Part shown: one piece after another, positions 1 to 11,368 of the stretch | Layout of the letters: the number at the start of each line of letters is the position of its first letter | Position numbering within the stretch: position 1 is the stretch's first letter | Assembly (NCBI GenBank): GCA_023213395.1 | Contig: CM041465.1 | Coordinates: forward strand, 104,787,741 to 104,851,740 | Reading direction: 5' to 3' | DNA length: 64,000 nucleotides | Origin: Cycas panzhihuaensis | Lineage: Eukaryota; Plantae; Cycadophyta | The notes under the pieces: model-generated | What the model was told of the DNA's origin: nothing | What the model saw: only the letters and a program-made list of their open reading frames with translations | The model's database searches: none | Position numbers and translations under genes: made by a program

Positions 1-305
1 CTGCTAAATCTGTCATTTAGCATAAGACTAGTGCAAGTGGGGAAACAAATCATGGGGGTCTTAGGACCTTCTTAGTAGCCCATGTACTAAGGTATATCAA
101 GCCCTTGAGCTTACGTACTGGTATATCGAGTCCCTGGTTTACCACTTGTGGGTAGGCGCCATTAGATAAGATAGTAACTAAGAGCTTTCCTGGAGACCCT
201 TTGCCTTAGAATCCTAGATTAGAAGCCACTTAGGTAGATTAGTACCTCATCACACAAAAATTTAAAAAACATCAAACACAACAAAAAAATAAAACTCTTT
301 CAAAC

Positions 306-2790
306 ATGGCATTACCAATGCTTCTTTCCAACAACATCAAACTCAACGGCATTAATAACTTTATACTTTGGAAAAAATAATTAAAAAACTTACTTATTAT
401 AAATGAATATTGGGCCTATGTCAATGGGGACATACCCATGCCTAAGCCCACTCAAGATCTAAATGATCCCACTAAAACTATTCCACCTGATCTTATAGCC
501 TTAGTCAAATTTAAAGCTAAGGATAACATAGCATTATCCTTCCTTCACTTGGCAGTTGAAGACCAAGTGGATCAAAATATTGAAACAGTACAATGCTCAA
601 ATAAAGCTTGGACCATACTTTGTTCACTCTACGAGAGGAAGGAGGAATCTAAGTCTCTTACCCTTAAGGCTCACCTATTTTCCATGCCTTTTTCTAGAAA
701 TATTACAAATCATTTAACCAAAGTCAAAACTATTAGAAACTAATTGATTATCCTTAGTGAGCCATCTTCTGACCATGATCTAATCTCAAGCATTATAAAC
801 ATTTTACCCATTAAATACAACTCCTTTGTCTTTAAGTTACATGATAACTACTCTAAGATAGACTTCATAACCTTTAAGGGGCTCTTGCTACAAGAGGAAA
901 ATATTCTCAATTGACTAGGGGTGACATCAACATCTGACTCAGCTCCAGCCTTTGTAGCCTGAAACTTAGAAAAGGATAAGATTGTTAATAGAGTAGCCCA
1001 ATAGCTTAGTTAGCAATAAGACTTAGCTCAACTCTTGGACTCTCTCTCTCTATATCACAAGAGTTACATCAGCAGTGAACTTAGTAGCATCTTATTGGCA
1101 CCTCCTCCTCCTCCTATCTAAATCAGCAGCTTCAACAAGTATAGCATTAACCACAGAGAAAGTCTTAAAAGAATCACCAGGGTAAACAAAATATAACCTA
1201 TCTCTACTGTGGAAGATCTGGTTACCTAGTTGTTGAATATCGGAGAAGACAAGCTGATTTACAACTCTTGCAAAACCAAGGGAGCCAAGCACATAGGCTA
1301 GTCTATCAACCCCCCAATTATCAATACGAAGCACCTTCATATCATCAAGGAGGCCCTAATTACAATCAACAAAGACAAGGAGCTTCTTATCAACAAGGAG
1401 GACCATGCCCCCCTCAAGGAGACCCTTTTCCACAACAAGGAGGCCCTTATTATCAATATGGTGGTCTAGTTCAACAATAAGGAGGCCCTTTCCACCCACA
1501 AGGGGGGGCATCATATCAACCTCAAGGCCAATTCTATTAGCAGAATTGGAATCCAAGGTCCACACAAGGTCAAAGACCTCAAAATAAGAAATGGTTCATA
1601 AATAGGAATTAAAGGAACCAATAATATAATAAACAACAAGGTGGCAATATGGAAGATGGCCAAAACTCCTCCTCCAATAACCTATTTTTTGCAATATTAT
1701 CCTCCCAACTTGATGAGACCACATGGCTTCTTCATTCTGGTGCAACAAGACATATGATAGCTTCTGAAGAAATGTTGGAAGAGACCCAACCAATCAACAC
1801 TCAAACGGTCACATTTGAGGACAACATGACTTATAATGTGACCAAAATTGGTTAGGTACTAATCACATTAAAGGGCTCCAACATTAGACACCACATTAGT
1901 AATGTGTTCCTTATACTTAGTATGAAGATGAACCTACTTTCTATCAATCAAATGAATAAGCAGAACTTAGATGTCCTCTTTAGCTAGGGCATTTATAGAA
2001 TTACAGACCATGCAATAGGTAAACTTGTGGCTACAGGGCATGAAGATGGTGGATTATACAAGCTAGATGGAGTCCCTCTTGCCACTACTCCCCAATATGA
2101 ATCTTGCTTAAGGGCCAACACAACTCAATGTAATAAGGAGAAGGATGTAATAGAGGAAGAGTCCCCTTGCATACAAGAACCAGGAGAATGCTCCCACTCC
2201 AAGGATGAAGTGACCATAAATAGATCCAAAGACCACCTATGGCATCAACGCTTAGGTAATTTAAATATACAAAGCTTGAATCTCATGTCTAGGCTAAAAA
2301 TGGTATATGACATACCCAAAATCAAGAGATATCAGAACATATGTGAGGCATCCCTAAAGGGAAAGTAGTAAAGAGAAAATTTTCCTTTCAAGAATGCTTG
2401 GAGAGCTTCACAACCATTAGAGTTGGTACATTCTGATATTTGTGGGCATATGTCCACCCAATCTCTCAATGGTAGTTAGTACTTCATTACCTTCATAGAT
2501 GACTTCTCAAGGAAAGTATGGGTCTACTTCTTGAGAAATAAATATCAAGCTCTAGACAGATTCAAAGAGTTCAAAGCTACTGCTGAAAATGAAAGTGGGA
2601 TGAGAATCAAGACCCTTGGATCCGATAATGGTAGTGAGTACATTTCAAATCAGTTCAATAACTTTTGCAAAGAACATAGCATCCAATGTCAATTTTCTGC
2701 TCCTCACAAACCTCAACAGAATGGTGTAGCTGAAAGGATGAATCAAACTTTGATCAATAAAGGAAAATCCATGCTTAATACAACCAACCT
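306..2790 (+). pseudogene. Decayed copia gag-pol (gag, protease, integrase)
   Basis: ORF fragments 438-743, 1268-1480, 1649-1855, 2027-2368 and 2531-2806 are joined by premature stops. Decayed CCHC knuckle at about 1199-1243. Confidence 0.88.
1340..1535 (+). repeat. Degenerate 21-bp tandem repeat encoding QQGGP(Y/F)x heptads in the Gag C-terminus
   Basis: Units such as caacaaggaggcccttattat. Translation: HQGGPNY..QQGGPCP PQGDPFP QQGGPYY QYGGLVQ Q*GGPFH PQGGASY. Confidence 0.8.
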
Positions 2791-2791
2791 T

Positions 2792-3233
2792 GCACTGATA
2801 CCATGAGAAAATAGCAAGATCTAAATACATATGCCTTGATTCTAGTATAATAATCAAAATATTTAATAAATCAAGAAACTAAACAAGAAGAATAATCACG
2901 CAATAGTGCAGGTGAATTCACCACATCGTAGGCTTTCTCTCGGGTAGAGCTTCTGCATTAACCAAAATCCAATATGTAGCACAAAGGTACAGGGTAATAT
3001 TTATAGCCATCTACCAAGATTACGAGGTATTGTGATAGCCTGACTTAACGACACAAGAGGTGGACACGACCTCACTATCCAATATGATTTAATTATATAA
3101 AAGGGTCCATTAATACATTATAATCATGAATTTACATAAACAAGAAGAAATGGAGGAGATATTACAATGTTTTAATAGTAGCTACCTGCAACAACCTGCT
3201 AGATAACCAACTAGAGGCATTAATTCCTTAACA
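2792..3233 (-). mobile_element. Orphan 5' LTR (2804-3233) plus tRNA-iMet-type PBS (2792-2803)
   Basis: Minus strand reads TGTTAAGG...TTTCTCA immediately followed by TGGTATCAGTGC. TATA-like GGCTATAAATA at about 2999-3009. No partner LTR in the window. Confidence 0.65.
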
Positions 3234-4294
3234 ATGGATGAAAGAGAGAAAAAATGACATAATTATAAAGAGGTAACAAAAGAAGTGATTCATCTTCTAC
3301 TAGCTAACCAATATATTTTTTGTTCTTCTTTGTGTTCTCCTTATCCTTCTCCTACTTCCCTAATAACCATCTTATAGTCTAATGGTTTGTCATTTTTCAA
3401 AGGTCATCTTCTTGTTGAGATAAACTCTAGTGAAAATCATAGGTCCCAAACAATAGAAAAATTGCAAGGGTGGAATCTATGAAGTGTCAATCATATATAA
3501 CCTCACAAAGGACTATGTTTTATGTTGTCATAGGAATTTGGTTAGATCTATTCATTTTCCATTGTAAATACATTATGTTTCAATACTTTGATGTAATATA
3601 CAATTATTTAGCCTTGTTAATGTATTATAATATATTTTGGTATTCGATAAAATATATTTATTTGTATTTATTGTTATTATGAAAAGTTATAATGATGCGA
3701 GAATGAATGAGTATATTGCAATTTTTGAGAAGTTTATGTTTTCTAGAAAGATTTGCATGACATTGGACTTACTCCTTTCTAATCATTATAAAGTTGTTAT
3801 ATCTTACTTTCATATAAATAGTGATTTAGTTTATCTAGTTATTAGAAACACGGAAGTGAACTAGCCCATGTATTAACAATTTACCTTTACCACTTTAAGG
3901 TTATTCTATGATATTTTGAGATATGATCTAGACTATTTATCCCTACTAGTAAGTTTGGATACATGCTCAACATATTTCAGGCTCCCTATTCCCCCTTTGT
4001 AATATTTTGGCTAGTAAGCTAATATATTAGGTGGATTATGATTTCTTAATTTATTTAAGATATAGTTGGTGGTCTTTATCCTTTTCCTACTAATCCTTTC
4101 TTCATTTATGATAATAACCTAATGTAATAGGAAATTAAATGCATGTTGGTTAGTAGGGAATCACCCCTACCTAAGTGAAGGGTCCTTGGACCTATAATTA
4201 TTGCCTTTGTCCTTGAGTTAGCCTTAGGCATTAGTAGACCAGTTCAACACCTTCAAGGCATTTTAAACAAGCATAAAGAGGAGGAGCAACATTT

Positions 4295-4907
4295 TGTTAA
4301 GTAATGTGACAACAATGGTTGGAGGCTAAAATTTTGACATGTTAGCAGTGCGGTTCCCCCCCAAAACCTTCCTCGGGGGGTTCCAAGGGGGGTGGGAGTC
4401 CCCCTTGGTCAGGGGGATGCAGGGGTGATAGCCCCCAACCCAAAAATTTAGCACTGGAAAGTGTATTAAATTGTAAAAAGAATCAAGGTTGTTCACTCAA
4501 AATACCCTAGATTCTATAGTCGAGATTTGTGCCTTGGATGACCCTCTCATGTAGCCTGATTTAGGGCATTTTTTATTATATTGATAGTGTTCAATGTATT
4601 GTGAGGAGTTGGGTGACTAGTTGTTATTGTTGTGAGCACTCTACTACAGGATTATGTACATTTTCTCCATTCTACAACAATAAAGATCGATATCTTTCCT
4701 ATGTGGATGTTTCCCTAGCACACTACTAGGGTTTTACCACATTATATTGGGTATACATATGATGCTTGGCTTTCTTGTTCATTTTATTGTTTTATCTCTA
4801 GTTTAAGAACTTGCATGTTAAATTTTAGTTTTGATTCTTGTAACTAGTTGCAAGAATAGTTTAGATCTTGGTGGCAATTTAAGGGTTGGGACCTTATCTT
4901 CTCAATA
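4295..4907 (+). repeat. 5' LTR of E2
   Basis: TGTTA...CAATA, direct repeat of 8954-9538, with a GC-rich block at 4350-4440. Confidence 0.93.
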
Positions 4908-4979
4908 AGTGGTATTATAGCCACTTTTATTTTTGTAGCAAGTTTATGAAGGTTTTGGTGTCGGCTTCTTCTACACCAA

Positions 4980-7900
4980 ATAGCGAAATTGGCAAGTGCA
5001 AAGTTCGAGGTGGAGAAATTCAATGGTAAGAATAACTTCGAGTTGTAGAAGTTGAAAGCGTATGATGTTCTTGTACAATAAGATTTATACAGAGCTCTTA
5101 TAGGCAAAATAAAGAAACCTGCATGGATAGACAATGATGAATGGGATGATCTAGATAAAAAAGATCTTAGCACAATATGATTATACTTAGCAGATAAAGT
5201 TCTATTTAACATTGCAGGGGAGCAGAGAGCAGTAGGATTATGGACTCGGTTGGAAGGCCTGTATATGACCAAATCAGTGACGAATCAAATCTACTTGAAG
5301 AGGCAGTTATACTCATTATGAATGAAGGAAGGTATAAAAATTATTGATCATTTAAATATTTTCAATACTCTTATTTGTTAGTTGGTTAGTATTAATGTCA
5401 AGATTGAGGATGAGGACAAGGTTGTTACCTTGTTATGCTCATTACCAGAATCTAGGGATAATATTGTCACCTCAATTAGTTTTAGCACTACACATGAATT
5501 AGAATACGACTCTGTTGTGAGTGCTTTATTGATGGAAGAAGTGTAGAGGAAGTCTAGTCTTGAAACCTCCACACCTAAAGCTATGACAATAAGGGGTAGA
5601 ACAATTGATAGAGGACAAAGCTTTAGGGATACATCAAGGTTAAAGTCAAAAGGCAAGAAGAGTAAGCTTAGGTGTTGGCACTATAATAAGACCAGTCACC
5701 TCAAGAAGGATTGCTTCAAAAAGAAGGAGTTTCAGAAAAAGGAAGATCCTGCCAAGGAGGCTAATTAGGTGGAGTCAAATCAAGGTATGGATGATGAAGT
5801 CTTGGTTTCTTGTAATGTTTCCCATTATCACCATGATTGGTTATTAGATTCAAGTGCTTCACACCACATGTGTCCATACAAGAGTTGGTTCTCATCGTAC
5901 CAACCTCTTGATGGTGGGGATGTGCTTATGGGAAATGAAGTTTCTTGTAAGACAATGGGTATTGGTAGCATCAGAATTAAGATATTCAATGGTGTAGTGA
6001 GAATATTAACTAAGGTTAAATATGTACCTAATCTGAAAAGGAATCTGATTTCTTTGGGTGAACTAGATTCAGGTGGTTATAAGCATACAGGTCATAAAGG
6101 AGTCTTAAAGGTGTTAAAGGGTGCCTTGGTTGTTATGAAAGCCTTAAAGAAATGAAACCTTTAAATTTTAGTGGGAAGTACATATGTCAGTCATGCAGTT
6201 GTAGTATCAAAGACTGCAGAAGATCCAGCTCAGTTATGGCATCAGAGACTTGGGCACATGAGTGAGAGAGGACTTAAGGTGCTAATAAACTGTAAGTTAC
6301 TTCCTAACTTATAACTTTCAGATTTGGTTTTCTGCAAACATTGTATTTTTAGAAAGTAGTGTAGACTCAAGTTTAAAACATGGAGTCACACTAATAAAGG
6401 TGTTCTTGATTATAAACATTCAGATGTATAGGGACCAGCCCTAAAATATCTTATGCAGGATCATTGTACTTTGTCACATTTATAGATGATTACTCTAGAA
6501 AGGTATGGGTCTATTTTCTGAAAATGAAATCTAAAGTTTTCAGTGTATTTAAGCAGTTTAAGGCTCTAGTTAAGAACAACACTGGTAAGTCAATTAAATA
6601 TCTAAGAACTAACAATGGAGGTGAGTTCAACTCCTTGGAGTTTGAGAACTATTATAGAGAAGCTAGGATCGAAAGGTACAAGACCACTAGCTATACTCCA
6701 CAGCAAAATGGCATTGCTAAGCGCATGAATAAGACACTCTTGGAAAGACCAAGAAGCATGCTAAATAATGCTGGAGTGGAGCAGGGCTTGTGGGCAGAAG
6801 CAGTTCAAATAGCTTACTATCTGGTAAACAGGTCAGCATCACTTGCAATAGATTGCAAGATTCCTAAAGAGGTATGGATTGGACATCCACGTGATTATTC
6901 AAATTTGAAAGTTTTTTGTTGTGATGCTTATGCCTGGACTGATAAAAGTAAACGTTCAAAGTCAAACCCAAAATCCAAGAGATGTATCTTTATTAGTTAT
7001 GGTGATAAAGATGGTGTGGAGGGATACAGGTTATGGGATCCTACTGCCCACAAAATCACCATTAATAGAGATGTTATATTTGATGAATCTCCCCTTCTAA
7101 AATCAGACAATGTAGAAGTTAAAGTAAAACAGGAGCAGAAAGTTGAACATCGATAGGTTAAGTTTGAAACCCAACCATCTTTGGAATCAGAAGAGTAAGA
7201 AGATCTTTCTGAAGATGAATCTACAACAAATTTATAGGAGTATATAGACACTCCTCTACCAACAGTTAGAAGATCTACACGAGTTAGTCATCCACCTAAC
7301 AGTTATAGCCCTTCTACTTCTATTACTTTGGTTTCTAATAATGGTGAGCCTACATGTTATCAAGAAGTAGTAGATGATATCCATAGTGAGAAGTGGAAGA
7401 GGGCTATGTAGGAAGAGATAGATGCTTTGAAGAAAAATAATTCATGGGACTTGGTAGAACTTCCATATGGCAAGAAGACTGTTAGTTGCATGTGGGTTTT
7501 TAAGATTAAAACAGATGTTGATAGAAAGGTTGAAAAATATAGGGCAAGACTAGTGGCTAAAGGCTTTGCACAGAAAGCAGGTATTGACTTTCATGAGATC
7601 TTTTCACTAGTTGCTAAACTTGTTTCAATTCGAGTGCTATTAGCATTGGTAGCTTCTCTTGATTTAGAGTTGGAGCAGTTAGATGTAAAAATAGATTTTC
7701 TACATGGAGATCTAGATGAGGAGATCTATATGGATCAACCAGAAGGGTTTGTACAGGATCGCAGAAAAAGACTTGTTTACAGGCTCAGGAAATTATTGTA
7801 TGGCCTGAAGTAATCACCCAGGTAATGGTATAAGAAGTTTGATACCTTCATGGAGAGCCAAATTTTTAAAAGAAGCGAGTATGATCATTGTGTTTACTTT

Positions 7901-8896
7901 AAATTCATGGACAATGGCTTATTCATTATCTTGGTATTATATGTTGATGACATGCTAGTTGCAAGCAAGAGCATGGAAGAAATCAATAAGTTAAAGGCTC
8001 AATTGGCTAGGACTTTTGATATGAAGGATCTAGGAGCTACAAAATAAATCTTAGGTATGGAGATACATAGAGTCAGGAAAAATGGTAAGCTATGGTTATC
8101 ACAGCAGAAATATGTGGAGAAGGTGCTAACCAGGTTTGGTATGGAAAATGTGAAACCAGTGAGTATCCCATTGGCTTCCCATTTCAAGTTTTCTTCGAGT
8201 ATGAGTCCTATTAATAAAGAAGAAAATGATTATATGTCTCGTGTGCCTTATGCCAGTGTAGTAGGAAGTTTGATATATGCCATGGTATGTACAAGACCTA
8301 ACATTTCACATACAGTCAGTGTAGTTAGCAAGTTTATGGCAAATCCAGGAAAGAAGCATTGAGCAGTAGTGAAATGTGTGCTTTGGTATTTGAAAGGGAC
8401 AAGTAACTATTGCATCAACTTTGGAGGTATAGGTAATCAGGTTCATAGGTATGTTGATTTAGACTTTGCATGAGATTTAGATAAGAGAAGGTCTACTTTA
8501 GGTTATGTATTCACTCTTGCAAATGGTCTAGTTAGTTGGATGTCAAAATTGCAGAGCATAATTGCATTATCGACTATAGAAGTTGAATATGTTGTTGCAG
8601 CACATGATTGCAAAAAAGCAATCTGGTTACAGGGTCTATTGGATGAGCTTGGAAGGAAATAGAAAAAGGTAAAGGTATTTTGTGACAATCAAAGTGCTAT
8701 TTACCTAGCCAAGAATCCAGCTTATCATAGTTGAATAAAGTATATTACTCTTAAGTACCATTTTGTTAGATAGATTGTGGAAGCAGGTGGAATGGCACTT
8801 GAGAAGGTTAACATAAAATAAAATTGTGTTGATATGTTCACAAAACCAATGCTATTAGAGATATTCAAATAGCGTTTGACTTCTCTTGGCTTGTAG
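4980..8896 (+). pseudogene. Decayed gag-pol of E2 (GAG-PR-IN-RT-RH)
   Basis: WLLDSSASHHM protease, YFVTFIDDYSRKVW integrase, KARLVAKGF-like and YVDDML RT motifs, RNase H. Many in-frame stops. Confidence 0.93.
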
Positions 8897-8953
8897 AAAA
8901 TGTGACGAAGGGTGTAGGAAAGGTATCAGGCAAATTGTTGTCAAGGTAAAGAT

Positions 8954-9538
8954 TGTTAGGTAATGTGACAACAATGGTTGGAGGCTAAAATTTTGACATG
9001 TTAGTAGCGCAATTTCTCCCCCAAACCTTCCTTGGGGATTCCAAGGGGGGCAGGAGTCCCCCTTGGCCAGAGGGATGTGAGGGGCGTGGAATGCCCCCCG
9101 CAAAAAGGGGGTTCGAGGGCGATAGCCCTAACCCAAAAATTTAGCATTGGAAAGTATATTAAATTGTAAAGAGAATCAAGATCATTTGCTCAAAATACCC
9201 TAGATTCTATGGTCGAGATTTGTGCCTTGGATGACCCTATCATGTGGCTTGATTTAAAGTATTTTTCATTATGTTAATAGTGTTCAATGTACTGTGAGGA
9301 GTTAAGCGGCTGGTTGTTATTATTGTGAGCACTCTGCTATAGGATTATACATATTTTCTCTATTCTACAACAATAAAGATCGAGTACATGTGATTCTTGG
9401 CTTTCTTGTTAATTTTATTATTTTATCTCTGGTTTAAGAACTTGCATATTAAATTTTAGTTTCGATTCCTGTAACTAGTTGTAAGAATAGTTTAGATCTT
9501 GGTGGCGGTTTAAGGGTTGGGACTTTATCTTCTCAATA
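8954..9538 (+). repeat. 3' LTR of E2
   Basis: Direct repeat of 4295-4907 with two internal indels, followed by TSD CATTT. Confidence 0.93.
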
Positions 9539-9697
9539 CATTTGTGATAGTTAATATCAATGGGGAAAAAGTTTATGAAGTAAAGATTTTGTGAGTTAAT
9601 ACTTCATTAGAAGTGGCTTTATACAAGTAGGGATCAAAGAAGTTAATTATTGTAAATTCACATTCATGAAGGAGCAAGGCATGAAGAGAGTGGAGGA

Positions 9698-10040
9698 TGT
9701 TAATATGGTAGTTATTTATTAAGCCATTGGTTAATGTTAATGTGGTTTAGCTAATCGTGAATATCGGAATAGGCAAGATATTCAAAGGGTTACAACCTTT
9801 GTCGGGTGACACCTCTTGGAAGGATTTATATATCCTAGAGCCCTTCTATATAAATCACTTCAAGCAAGTGTAATCAATATGATCCAATAACTTTTTGTGG
9901 TGGGTTTTTATTCAAAAGGGTTTCCCATATAAATCCTATATACTGTGCATCTGTATTCTTTATATATCCTTATTAGTTACTATGTATGGTTAAGATTTTA
10001 TGGATATGAACATGTATGTATGAATTTATGTTCCTTAACA
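9698..10040 (+). repeat. 5' LTR of E3
   Basis: TGTTAA...TTAACA directly followed by the PBS. Direct repeat of 15421-15766. Confidence 0.9.
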
Positions 10041-11368
10041 TGGTATCAAAGTCATAAGGCTGAAGCTGTAAGTTGGGCAGGGTGATGAGATTATTGGTTG
10101 CCGGGTGATGCCATTAAACCCAAGATGTGTCTTGATGATCCATCTACTCTAACAACTTATAAAAGTAGGAACAATTATTAGTGGTAGTTGAGGAGGTGAA
10201 AATCACCTATCAATGAAGATAAGGCACAATTAGAGTCAAAATTTAGACATGAAGGCCACATTCATGGTGAGAGTTGGTTCATTGGGGGTCATCTGAATCT
10301 AGTTGGTGATTTGTAGCAGTGATTGAAGCTAACATAGTGTATTCTGATAGTGATTTAGTGGTGGTGAAGGCAGCCAAAGTACCATACAAGTAAGTTGGTC
10401 TCATTCTTGTTAAATAACCACTGAAATTGACATAAATATAATTATTCGCCATCAAAATCATATATACTGCATTTGAAGAGTGAGATTAGAACCTGTGTTA
10501 GTGGTTTTCTACTCTTTGTGAATGTATCGGGTAACGTTGTTGGCTATAATAGTAGTTGGTGATGTAATTTAGTCAATTTTTGAATAGTGGGTGAATTTAT
10601 GAGTGTAAAGCCACCTTGTTTTTAGTCATAAGAGTAAATACTAGTTAGGTCTAGTCTGCACAACTCTTGTATGAAGTTCAAGGTTGTGTTGTGTATTCCT
10701 TACCAGTCGTAAGACATTCATTGAGGAGATCGTGTCTTGGATGACCAACTCAAGTCTGGAAACAACTGCCCCTCTATAAATCAATTTTTAATGACTGTGG
10801 GATTTCAAAAGCCATATATTTGATATGATTTGATTCTTTAGTAACCGTAATTATTTTGACATGTGTGTTAAGTTATTTATCACGTGGAGGGACATGCAAC
10901 TATAGTCAAAAGTCATATTTTTTAAGGATATAAATTTGGGCATATGCCCTTGCATAAAATAACTTTATAAAAGGACCTTGAACCATTGATATTTAATATA
11001 TTTTATTTGTGAAGTATTTTGAAGCCTTGTGATATGATTTAGTGGTCATATTGAAGCCATTTAATGTGAAGATCTAACTTGGAGACCGTATACATGGCAC
11101 TGTGTTAAGATTCCCTTATGTTTGGAGCATATTCTAAAGCACCCTGAGTCCATTTTTAAAGAATTTTTTGAGTATTTTGAGGATGTTTGGAGCTTGTTAG
11201 AGAGAGGTGAATAGTTGGTGAGCTGCTCAAGGCATGTGTAATTGTTGTTCTACATTCCCTAGTGAGTGTGCCTCAGACAATGAAGACCACAATGGTGTAA
11301 TTTTATTTAAAAGACTATAAGGTTATCAATCTAGTGATATTAACTCATGTTGAAGCCTATTTCTTAAA

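Larger units (their letters stand above)
1..2790 (+). mobile_element. Ty1/copia element E1, truncated (5' LTR outside window; ends inside integrase)
   Basis: Domain order gag - zinc knuckle - protease (WLLHSGATRHM) - GAG-pre-integrase (LWHQRLGNLN) - integrase (SDNGSEY, PQQNGVAERMN). Homology stops abruptly at about 2790. Confidence 0.9.
4295..9538 (+). mobile_element. Full-length Ty1/copia element E2 (Tork/Tnt1-like)
   Basis: LTRs 4295-4907 and 8954-9538. TSD CATTT (4290-4294 / 9539-9543). Decayed PBS tggtattatagc 4910-4921. PPT about 8943-8953. Gag starts KFEVEKFNGKNNF. Confidence 0.95.

Noticed and set aside
1340-1535. CRISPR-like array
   Set aside because: The units are contiguous degenerate in-frame 21-mers with no unique spacers, and there are no cas genes in a eukaryotic TE context.
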